The translations under genes and the position numbers were made by a program. The notes below the pieces were generated by a model that saw only the letters and a list, made by a program, of their open reading frames with translations, was not told where the DNA came from and made no database searches. This document shows, in pieces, positions 55,901 through 63,600 of a DNA stretch of 64,000 nt. This DNA comes from a virus (taxonomy: Duplodnaviria > Caudoviricetes). Within the stretch, counting starts at the first letter, position 1; each line of letters begins with the position of its first letter. The stretch is taken from the IMG/VR virus record IMGVR_UViG_3300025066_000007; one strand, written 5' to 3'.

Positions 55901-56840
55901 TTGAATATACAAAAACTCCATCTGGACCAGTCTTTCCTCCTAAAGCCTTTTCGTTATACTTCTTGAAAAATGCAGAAAATGTAATCGGAGTAACTTCTGC
56001 ACCTTCCTGTATGGCCTTGTCAAACAAGGACTTATAGGAGTAGGGCGACGTATCTGAGATAAATGCCCGAGAAGATGTTACCAGTGATCGCTGCAATCTA
56101 CCATAGGTCTTTCTCTTAAATAGGGCAGGCTTACGAACAAGCTCTTTGTCGAAGACCGAAATCTCTACCATGCCTTTCGGAGGATGCTCTCTAGGCTCTA
56201 GCTCTTCTAGCAAGGCTGAGGGCAGATCTTTCTCACCTGATTCTTCTTCGAAAATATTAATCGCGTCAGGTATAGGCTCCTTTTCTGCTTCTTTTTTTTC
56301 GCTTAAGAAGTAAGACCTAACTTCTTCAAAGGGCGTCTCTATAAAGCCTCTTATTCCGGCTATCCGGAATAAGAGTAATACTGGGGCCTCAAGATGATCG
56401 GGAAGCGAATAGCCCTGAAACCGAATAACAAAATCGTCATAAGCTGCCGAAAGAGCCTCCGTAATACCGCTTGAGCCAGAAGAGAGAAACGCCTTTTCGG
56501 CAGCTTCTATAAGAATATCTTTTTGTTGCTCGTAATCATATTCTACCTCAGCCTCACTCAGACCCTCCTCGTAAGACCCTTCTTCATAAGACTCTTCTCC
56601 GTAAGACCCTTCTTCATAAGACTCTTCTCCGTAAAAGCCTATCTCCTCCTCGCCTCTTTCTTCATAAGAATCTTCCTCTTCAGACATCAGCATTGGAAGA
56701 ATATTAAATACTTGGTTTAAGTATTTATGGTATTCTTCGAGGGTGGAGAGAGAGTCGTCTAAGCGGGCCTCTTCAAAAGTTTCGGGAAAATGCTCTTTGC
56801 TCGCCTCTACTGCAGTCTCTAGTTTTGATTTACTGTTCAT
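49998..56840 (-). CDS. Giant 2280-aa hypothetical protein with several Cys/His metal-binding motifs
   Basis: Continuous ORF; CTVC, CPY...CGF, CPTH, CGAG and CRHGH motifs; acidic Tyr-repeat N-terminus. Confidence 0.75.
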   Translation of the reverse strand: MNSKSKLETAVEASKEHFPETFEEARLDDSLSTLEEYHKYLNQVFNILPMLMSEEEDSYEERGEEEIGFYGEESYEEGSYGEESYEEGSYEEGLSEAEVEYDYEQQKDILIEAAEKAFLSSGSSGITEALSAAYDDFVIRFQGYSLPDHLEAPVLLLFRIAGIRGFIETPFEEVRSYFLSEKKEAEKEPIPDAINIFEEESGEKDLPSALLEELEPREHPPKGMVEISVFDKELVRKPALFKRKTYGRLQRSLVTSSRAFISDTSPYSYKSLFDKAIQEGAEVTPITFSAFFKKYNEKALGGKTGPDGVFVYSTEYTNELLSGIKVELKSFEEKAKEWSDYTRNNEKHGDRDTVERVEAHRQNLADNFDRFVSSIKMRDLFVKNQGEKLDDKIYLTNHLIEDPYLSSIYSILYHIALPDLSLGTFLQKKIDEFKYSKKYSESIKKMYEYGFSSTFHDKIYNAFRKSIESKAKEYLAGESFSSSRGMCGFITSNIGKERIYYTIKKESVPQIKAELISCTVCGKTIVNGFEKQPGTEEQRKRKTIEAKMSKIDIQVQTYSLFKKETKKDKDGRLVVGKVEPLPIEKIRASGARFAPPKSYISVVGGKRIKEAWSSIYKRSNESMTWDEIEDLISSDRFEKSAEGLLRRAEAMRFLGCIPLTTRGISIKGQRFFCPYPEGDGRNSAFPYEEVASSLSRESFGQCGFSVDLSGVIDGSAPSDKTSLPILAASSFSDKNVYRSKASLDGALERAVKEEKVDEATAEKIRRYYKSKSSGGWKFSKNYFRCPTHLSFSNKEEFESLIRKYRMAAEGLYLVTPLAGPISEAPLAIDEFDFESGIIPPPSDGMGGFKNLPEGTSVFPVCGAGVSASSIDPAGFSALIGNLSAEGRMAVIDFMLKLGVDVSDMAFFIDLLGEEGGGGSLESVEAAERTEKLASILRMAASSKRFGLTGAAKRVTSVKFSAEDLSIIGGVVLRCRHGHKFTINNSVHFGAKHYLHDITKLYHRTSTGSTSTEDILAKNSLYKLLQASGEASVKAAVDQGLLVKGVPETTRRDARRSYAEVRSKRGLRPKDVKFEYNGEEYSFPRKGARDVKLAWGAPNSSEAGTVTMTHGTVLKRHILEEYYEASEDMGIGTGKGIRFEASDRAKKYADTGGIDFRASADDGSVLDSKSIASEQIFDLMNKFIARVMSEMLSSCSNFLRLSSSSVIRAPLLGDKLVSFSDSYKGNKSEFEKAIIQLIDFSRNHLFEEISSTHQYLEPLLGRVSGRAVFDKYDFSSFLESFESEKRFLFFLDQDFLRTVTEKVFEALLKEISSLINNDKTLSKGEVARGIGAIGSYLISGRRKHGKFESSVFESPGAIALYKLIGPENKDLAHLTKGLISADTTLKLSKQYGREYYGRVAAAASAHYIAEKLSIIYNLYFRDISPRYVYYEFVGVEEDVFLTPESIIEYCSVSPIVEPVILEVPEDEDSLDDIFDTIMTNIGLLKIDIKQIPIGLNSASLNEYHQDLAIKYIRTQLSAELDTQRVSFPHGLENEGAGLNADSITGLLKDFGYSHTPPVRGKATPHLSKLAPELGSFWKGRDGSVYVVQPGDTETIYRITPRREGGPVVSLGVSAAGEDEDALIREFSLLPAKASLVLNKILSVRPVTKILMGKDSKYARKLSPSGFLSAEHESLRQEGVMAVPTWSAMHYEFKKNKFTHPVFRICDQKGKENPFGIIDPSFDGFLAAGFIIIMTATSQDELRSAIGEAPVLLEEGVYRKLLTDAGIGPEYSLYRVPSRTVGLKIASKSLLSLLDHPMTRVVSGSEGSAVINDKFGFNSSSGFAIGPQEVRHGEANLVPPTIGAPSFTGISIPIEVDPKNFKANDLSIITANIEVAISEGNVIEISDMLQRRPLQYANGLLMNIMRVYNDFQDRKDKLGVKSREKAEAYAKARTKSLFSEYRGLPFNVSMGSGLTSFQRKKKDIVETGPIGFGEKAGGYEVASGIYIPLNNYVLLNKMLTLECFSEEWAGQQILLGDDIYDSDVKTLVKDFLIKSHGLDHIANKIGVKNPEILLDPYGNRHEPDLKGKVEEGDYNSLGLRIKGKTSEVKNMRNKLRDTSGGNFYFVSGSNEDERSYMQIRNLLYDYKSTTHSTEDVLSEIQDKDSDRTLTMQEIYSLHSETLAGYGVYQEPIGPVYPTLPSAAKKGKKVMGVKNVEKALAKYYTDRIEDAYSEFTAYQKKRELEKNSSQNVENTLRKDAKISDQWPVGKKPEVLKASKYSEAIIVSEGLRRTWELIIGTEVQ
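56571..56630 (-). repeat. Two exact 30-bp in-frame repeats (GEESYEEGSY)
   Basis: gtaagacccttcttcataagactcttctcc x2. Confidence 0.9.
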
Positions 56841-58182
56841 ATTCTTTATTTTCCAAAAACTTTTGATATTTAGCCAATCTATTCTCTGAGGATTCTACGG
56901 CTTCCTTACGAAGAAAGCTTTCTTCGTAATCATCTTTTATTTCTTTTATTAGTAATTTAATCCACGAATAAGCTTGATTTATATGAGAATCTTCAGACCT
57001 TGTTGCGGCAACTAAGATTCTGCTTTCAACAGGATCTATTTCAATTTTCCCCTTAGAGCTTTTATTTGCAGCTATACAGAACTGATCGTCAGCAAAATCT
57101 ACCGTTCCAATAAGAGAGGCCTCCTCTAGTTCAAGAAGCCTCAAGATCTCTCTGTTCAGATATGGGCCAACCACTTTTTTGGGGAATTCCCAAACTGGAA
57201 TCGTAGATATTGCCTTGTAGTAATCTCCTCTAATTTTAATATTATAAAAGTCTTTTTCCATCAGCGGGGTTACGCACGTTCTCTGGGTGCTAAAAAGATC
57301 TAGATATAAGAGCTTCATCGTCTCATTTCCAACTCTAGCAATCGGAAGCTTTATTGAGAACCCTCTTTTTACAAACTTCTTATTTATAGGAGCTCCCGCT
57401 TTGGAGAAGAAGCCTCTTTCTAACGGTAAAGTTCTCTCTATGCAGATCGACCGCTCAAGAGAATCTGTAATGTCTGAAAGAGGATATATACAAGATATAT
57501 AATTATTGTGCCCCATAGTGCCGTTCGTCAGAAGTGGAGTCTCCATAATTCCTGCGTTGTAATATCTGAATATATTTATAACGCCAAAATCGAATAAACC
57601 ATCCAGTCTAGCCTCCAGTTCAATAGAGGCCTCTCCGTTCTCTTTCTCAAGAAGATCGAGCGTAGCTTCTATGTCTAAAGCCTCTCTTCTGATAATTCTA
57701 GCAAAAGAGTACAACAGAATTTGTATTCTGGCTCTTTTCTTTGCAGAAAGCGCTCCTTCGACAGCTCTCACAGAACTTGGCCTCTTTGGGCTTAACGCTC
57801 TCTTGCTAATCGAAGTTTTTCCCTCTAGTGGATCAATCTTTCTTATCTTATCTTCCAGAAGATACTTATATAAACTCTTAAAAAAAGCAATTCGCCTTCT
57901 CAAGGATGAGATATGCCTCGGAGAAGATGCGCGCTCTCTTAATAAGCCGCTGCTGTATTTGGAATCAAACAAGGCCCTGTCTGCTTTGAACGCTGATACA
58001 GCGGACCTAAGCTCGCTCAGGCTGTCTAGCCCAAGCGAGTCAAAGGGGAACTTCAAAAAGTCTCTTTCAATAGAAAGGAGTCGAGCCTTATAGGGCTTAG
58101 GCCTTCCTCTTTCTAAAGTTAGAATCTTATATTCTGATATAGACCTCTCCTCTCTTAGAAAGGCCAGCATTTCTTTTTTCAT
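56830..58182 (-). CDS. Degenerate XerC/D-like tyrosine-recombinase-fold protein
   Basis: LAFLREERSISEY...SLRRRIAFFKSLYKYLLEDKIRKIDP...PKRP...RARIQILLYSFARI resembles XerD core-binding domain plus box I; no HxxR/Tyr box II recognised. Confidence 0.45.
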   Translation of the reverse strand: MKKEMLAFLREERSISEYKILTLERGRPKPYKARLLSIERDFLKFPFDSLGLDSLSELRSAVSAFKADRALFDSKYSSGLLRERASSPRHISSLRRRIAFFKSLYKYLLEDKIRKIDPLEGKTSISKRALSPKRPSSVRAVEGALSAKKRARIQILLYSFARIIRREALDIEATLDLLEKENGEASIELEARLDGLFDFGVINIFRYYNAGIMETPLLTNGTMGHNNYISCIYPLSDITDSLERSICIERTLPLERGFFSKAGAPINKKFVKRGFSIKLPIARVGNETMKLLYLDLFSTQRTCVTPLMEKDFYNIKIRGDYYKAISTIPVWEFPKKVVGPYLNREILRLLELEEASLIGTVDFADDQFCIAANKSSKGKIEIDPVESRILVAATRSEDSHINQAYSWIKLLIKEIKDDYEESFLRKEAVESSENRLAKYQKFLENKEYEQ

Positions 58183-58190
58183 TTTTAGTC

Positions 58191-58955
58191 TTAGACGAAG
58201 TCTTCCAGAAAATCTACTACAGCCTTATTGGTCTTAATTCTCTTTAACCGCATACTTGCTGCCCAGCCAGTTATCCCAACTTGTTTGGCAGCATCTTTTA
58301 TAGAGTGCCCCTCAAGGCAGACCATTTTTAAGATGGCCAGAGTTTTCTCATCAACTTGTCTTTCGAGTCGATCCATCATCATAGATAGGTCGACCTCTTC
58401 TTGAGCTGTTCTCTCTATGGAATAAATTCCATCAGATGATGATAGGCTGGATTCGAAATTATCATACTCCTCTCCGTTCATCGGATTTTTCTTGGGCATC
58501 GCACTAAAGATAAGCTCATCTCTTGAGACTCTATACGCAGAGCCATGCTCTGCGCCGCACTCCACACACACCTTAAGGCTTTTTTTCTTCTGAATGACAC
58601 CGCCACAAGAGCAAAGGCTTGCCTCCTTTTGATGAAGATACCCGTAGGCATCATTTGACAATTTATTTGCGCTCTTTAGTTTTGAAATTATTTTATTTTT
58701 CAAGTGGTTGTGGAGGAACGTACTTAGCTTAACTTTCTTTTCAGGGTTAAATGCGTTAATTCCCTCAATTATCATCACCGAGAACTCTTGCCTCAAGTCT
58801 TCGGTGTGATATCCGGAAATATATATTTTAGACGCCCATTTGCATACCAAGGGGTATATCTTTTTGAGAACCCTATCATATCCTTCCTTAGTTTTTGTAT
58901 TAATAAGAAACTCTTCTTCGTACATCCTAACAAGGTGTTCGTGCTCGCTCTTCAT
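58191..58955 (-). CDS. Phage sigma70-family factor (regions 2 and 4) with inserted Cys4 Zn ribbon
   Basis: EDLRQEFSVMIIEGINAFNPEKKVKLSTFLHNHLKNKIIS (region 2); LEGHSIKDAAKQVGITGWAASMRLKR (region 4 HTH); CSC...CVEC; start reassigned to ATG 58955 (AGGA RBS). Confidence 0.85.
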   Translation of the reverse strand: MKSEHEHLVRMYEEEFLINTKTKEGYDRVLKKIYPLVCKWASKIYISGYHTEDLRQEFSVMIIEGINAFNPEKKVKLSTFLHNHLKNKIISKLKSANKLSNDAYGYLHQKEASLCSCGGVIQKKKSLKVCVECGAEHGSAYRVSRDELIFSAMPKKNPMNGEEYDNFESSLSSSDGIYSIERTAQEEVDLSMMMDRLERQVDEKTLAILKMVCLEGHSIKDAAKQVGITGWAASMRLKRIKTNKAVVDFLEDFV

Positions 58956-58963
58956 ATATCTTC

Positions 58964-59728
58964 CTATTCCGCCCAAGCATCTTGGCATATTGGCATATAG
59001 TCGCACCACCTACACAACATAGACGGCTTCTTGACCCAATTCTTGTCACTTTCAATTGCTGAAGCTCGTTTTGTTACGGTGTCTACACATCTGCTTAAAT
59101 CACTGCGATTAAAACGATACTCTTTGGTAGAGCTCTTGTGCTTTAACATAAGATAAGACCCATGTACCTCCTTGACATCTTTAAATTTCCGATTTAAAGC
59201 CTCAGCGTATACTAGAAGCTGAAATTCATTTAAGTATTTCGGATTTTTACTTGTCTTGTAATCTAGAACTCCATACACGCCTGGACTTATTCTGTCGACT
59301 CTATCTATAAAGCCTCGCACTATTGTCGTTGGGTTTATATTAAACTCATACTTCATTTCTGTGGCAATTACATCAGGGGTTCCTTCTGCTCTGATCTTAT
59401 TGAGATAATCTTGCATCATTATCCTGAGAGCAAGCATTCCAGACATATCTCCGTCTGGCATCCAAGTAGATTCCTGCAGCAAGTTTATGTTAAACTCTTT
59501 TACTCCGGCTACAAAGCACTGCTTCATTAAAATCGAGTAATCTTTCGAGGGAATGCTTTCCGCTATAATTCTTTCATGAAAGATTTCCAAAATTCTGTGA
59601 GCACAAGAGCCTAGCTCTGTGAAGTTCCATTCTTGCTTTGGAATGTCTGGCTTTTCAATATACCTATAATGATATTTTTTGGGACACTTTTTGTGAGTGT
59701 CCATAGACGAAACAGATAACTTTAACAA
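58964..59728 (-). CDS. PD-(D/E)XK exonuclease, Cas4/AddB-like with 4-Cys Fe-S motif
   Basis: CPKKY...ELGSCAH...ATEMKY...RGFIDRVD...LDYKTS...QLLVYA...CRWCDYMPIC. Confidence 0.85.
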   Translation of the reverse strand: MLKLSVSSMDTHKKCPKKYHYRYIEKPDIPKQEWNFTELGSCAHRILEIFHERIIAESIPSKDYSILMKQCFVAGVKEFNINLLQESTWMPDGDMSGMLALRIMMQDYLNKIRAEGTPDVIATEMKYEFNINPTTIVRGFIDRVDRISPGVYGVLDYKTSKNPKYLNEFQLLVYAEALNRKFKDVKEVHGSYLMLKHKSSTKEYRFNRSDLSRCVDTVTKRASAIESDKNWVKKPSMLCRWCDYMPICQDAWAE

Positions 59729-59743
59729 ATTAAACTCCTAATT

Positions 59744-60619
59744 TTAAAACGCTCGACTAACAGACCTATCCTGTATCCAGCGATATACAAAACGATTTTT
59801 GCTACCAACCCCGTTTTTTGAGGTCTTTCTCTCGACTCTCTGAACAGACTTTATCCATCTAGATTCTAGACTCTCCCAATAGTAAGATATATAGAGCTGT
59901 TTCTCTGCGTCATAAAAGCTTCTAACATAATTTCCAGTAACTATAGGCTCGGGCTCCCCTAATCTTTCCTCATAGAATTTGGCAGTTGGACCGAAAGTAC
60001 TATAAGTGCGATTAATAATCTTAACGACTTGGTTGTCCATCATTTCTTGGGTTGATCCGTCTATAGTTATGTACTTTGCCTTTGGATCAAATTCTGAATT
60101 ATTATTTACAGAAGAAATAGAAAAACGATCATCTGCAGAGTTGATTTCAGGAAAGTTTATAAATGAAACAGAAGTCTTGTTTCCTGAAAGCTTTACTCCG
60201 CTTGAGTTAACCAGGGACGCCTTTATATCTAAGTCCTCAAACGCTATCGAAGTCTCTTGAGCTGGCTCTCCAACGGAGTTTACGGATAAATTATCTAGCA
60301 CAACCGCCGAAGAAGATAGAATCGAAATTCCCTCCTCACCGATTCTCCTTGGGCCATTTAGATCTGTAGAGCTTGTAGCGTAAGACTCAGTCAGAACAGC
60401 AGAGCTATCTGTAGGTGAGATTGCTATTGCCTTCAAAGTAACTGCCCCAGGGGACGTTGGTAGGTGGACATTTCCAACTGCAATTAAATCTGCTGAAGTT
60501 GGGGTTTCTCCGTCAAGAGTATAATACACTGTCGCAGGAACGTCCGTAGAAAAAGTTACGAAAGATGGAATTTCCGAAATAAACTCTATTTCACTTTCGA
60601 CTAATGTTAGCGTTATCAT
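59744..60619 (-). CDS. Fn3-associated/chitobiase-like Ig-domain protein (probable virion protein)
   Basis: VTFSTDVPATVYYTLDGETPT...VTLKAIAI; GAGG RBS. Confidence 0.65.
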   Translation of the reverse strand: MITLTLVESEIEFISEIPSFVTFSTDVPATVYYTLDGETPTSADLIAVGNVHLPTSPGAVTLKAIAISPTDSSAVLTESYATSSTDLNGPRRIGEEGISILSSSAVVLDNLSVNSVGEPAQETSIAFEDLDIKASLVNSSGVKLSGNKTSVSFINFPEINSADDRFSISSVNNNSEFDPKAKYITIDGSTQEMMDNQVVKIINRTYSTFGPTAKFYEERLGEPEPIVTGNYVRSFYDAEKQLYISYYWESLESRWIKSVQRVERKTSKNGVGSKNRFVYRWIQDRSVSRAF

Positions 60620-60654
60620 ATTTTCCTCGCAATATGCTCAATATAATTAGCATG

Positions 60655-63600
60655 TCACCTAGTCGTAAATTTTATAGAACTTTCTCCATTGACTTTCGTT
60701 ATATCAATTATGTTATCAAACTTCTCTTTCAAAGATTCGTCATGGGTTATTACCAGTATCTTGTACTTATCTTCTAGAGCCTTAATTACGTTAACAAAAA
60801 GAGTCTCAACTCCATAACGATCAAGAGGAGAATTAACCTCATCAAGGAGCAAGAACTCAAGCGAAGAGCCTCCGTATCTAGAGGACATATCACTTAAGCC
60901 TATTCTGAGCGCAAGTGATATCCGGAACTTCTCCCCTCCGCTTAGAGACTTAAAGCTTTGTAGGTGTCCATCCTTCTGTACCTTTAAGTCCAAGGTTTCT
61001 ATGGTAGAAACTCCGTCTGAACCGACCCGCTGTGTCTCTAAGACTATAGATGCTGGCTCGTTGCAAATTGAGGACAAAATTACGTTTGAAGTCTTCTCTA
61101 AATCTTCAATAATTGTATCTAAAAGAACTGCTTGTATCCCATTTTTTCCAAACATCTTGGCAAGCTTATCAAAGGTTGATACTGCGGCCATCTTCTTAGC
61201 TATGCTCTTTTTGTCCTCTGACATCTTCTTAAGCTTAGCAGACAGAGTGCTTTCTCTTTCGAGTAATCGTCCAATACTCACATTCTCTTTGGAAATATTC
61301 TCTAGCAACACAGACAACTCTGCTCTAAAGATTTTTAGGTTTTTTCTGATAGCCTGAAAGTCTTCATTCTTGATTGATTCTAGTTGAGATTTATTTCTTT
61401 TTAGACGATCAGCCGCCTCCACTGCGGCAATCTCCGCAGCGCTCAACTCTTGTTTGTACTGCGCTATATTCTTTTTCAAAATTGACAGCTTATGGTTTTC
61501 TATCTCTAATTTTTCTCTCGCCTTTAGGATCTTGACATTTTCAGCCTTTGTTTTGAGCAAAGCATTTAGGGCATCTTCTGTGTTTCGCAATTCTCTTATA
61601 GCCACACTATTTCTCTCGGAGTACGTCCCTCTCTTGCAGAGGATATCTTTCTTTAGAGAATCATACAGCTCTTGGTCAATATCTTGACTGCAAACATAGC
61701 AACGATCTTGAGCTATCTCTATATCGTCTAAGCTTCTAATCAGCTCCTGTGAAGAGGCTTTCTCAACTTTATAAAAGGATAGTTCGCTAGTTAGATCCTC
61801 TACTTTTAGCTCGTCAACTTCCTCAAGGACCTTTTCCTTGAGGTATAGCTCCAGCTTTCCGGCTAAGACCAGAATTGGAGCTTCTTCTGTCTCTAGATCA
61901 AAAATTCTCTTCTTACAATCTGTCACCTGTCCTAGCAGCCTTCCTCTCTTTTCATTGAGGATTAAAATTTCCTCAGTTGCCTTATCATAGGCGTCCGTAT
62001 CAAGGCTGCTCTTTAGTTTTGAGTACTTGACCTCCAATGAAGAGATATCTTTGGAGTAGGCGCTCCTCTTAGACTGAAGCTCTCCTACCCTTTCCTTTGA
62101 CTGGCTGACATTAAGGCGTACGTCTTCCAGCTCTTCGAATGTTACATCATAATCTTCTACGGATTTCTTTAGAATCTTGCATTCCATAGAAAGCTCTTTG
62201 GCCTTCTTCTTGGCCTCCTTTTCGTAAGAGTCCCATCTTGATACATCAACTATTGATTTTAAAATCTCTTTTTTCCTAGAGGCCTCTACTTCTGCAAACT
62301 CAGAGATATCATTCTGCCGAAAGTAAATAGAGTTCACAAAGGTCTTGTGATCAAGCCTAATAGTCTCTTCTATTTTCTTGTTGGTACTGCCAGATGTTGA
62401 GCCAGACTTATCGATCCAATCGCCAGCCTTATCTAGGCAATGTAGCTCAACTTCTGACGTTGAGTTTACTCTATTTCTAGTTCTCTTTACCCTGTAAACT
62501 TTGTCTTCATGCTTGAATTCCATAGCAACAGAACAGATCGACTCTCCCCATCGAATAATGTCATCCATCATAGCTGATCTGGACTTATTAAATAGGCACC
62601 ACAGTATACCCTCAAAGATAACCGAGTTATGGGTTATGAATCCATTTAACGCATACAGTTTTGTATGATTGTCTATCTGTATATCATATGTTTGCTCATC
62701 AGGAATCTCTTTTATTGCCTTGACCTTGTCCCAATATATATCGGCATTTGATAGGGCAGTTAGTCTATCGCTCTTCATGAAGGCGGCATATTTGCCAAGC
62801 TTGCTTCTTGACATGTTTTTGTTACGAATTTGACTTCTCGACAAATTAAACCTATCCCTATTCCCATAAAAAGCACCAGACTTAATGCTCTCCTGTATTT
62901 CATCCCGGAATAAGCTCGAAGGGACTACGTCCTTATTCGGATTTCCACGAATAGATTGAATTTTCTTTCTCATAGCCAATAGCCTAGCCTTCTTTGGACC
63001 GTAAACGTGTCCCTCTACTAAGTCGAAAAACCTATCGAAGTTGCCGGCCTCGGTGTGCAAAGACAGGGTCCAAGAATTATGTTTTTTAGCAATTAGCTTG
63101 CGCCTAACCGTACCTGTCACCCCAAATCTCAGCAACAGACTCTGTATATCATATGCTAGTTGCCGAGATTCAAGTCTAAAAGATACCTCTCGACTCTTTT
63201 CGGTGTTCGCAATGTATCCATCGCCAGAAAAAAACATTCCCAAAAAAGCGCCAACATTTTCTTTGCTTTCAGAAAAGAATATTGTGGGTAAAGTTTTGTC
63301 AATCGCCTTCTTCCCCATAAGATTATATTTTTTGAAGAAATCTCTAGAGGCCCTAGCTGAAGACAAAGACTTTGCGGCTCTCGTTATAATGGGATCATTA
63401 AACGATAGCAGCTTATCATAATTTAGCGCATGTTGAAGCGCCTTTATTCTACTCCAGTTATTTGGAGACATTTCTTCTAAAGAGATTCCGAGCTCTTGCA
63501 TTCTCTTCAAAATAGCCGCCCCATTTCCCCTTCTGTCATTGGCTGATGTTATCGTATACGTTAGCTCCTGCTTGCTAAGCGCTCCTCCAAAGATGTCCTT

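Noticed and set aside
49998-56840. Giant ORF as a phage multisubunit or virion RNA polymerase
   Set aside because: No NADFDGD/DxDGD or other RNAP catalytic motif was recognisable; left as unknown
58955-59009. N-terminal extension of the sigma ORF as given in the track
   Set aside because: Overlaps the upstream nuclease gene; ATG 58955 has an AGGA RBS and gives a normal start
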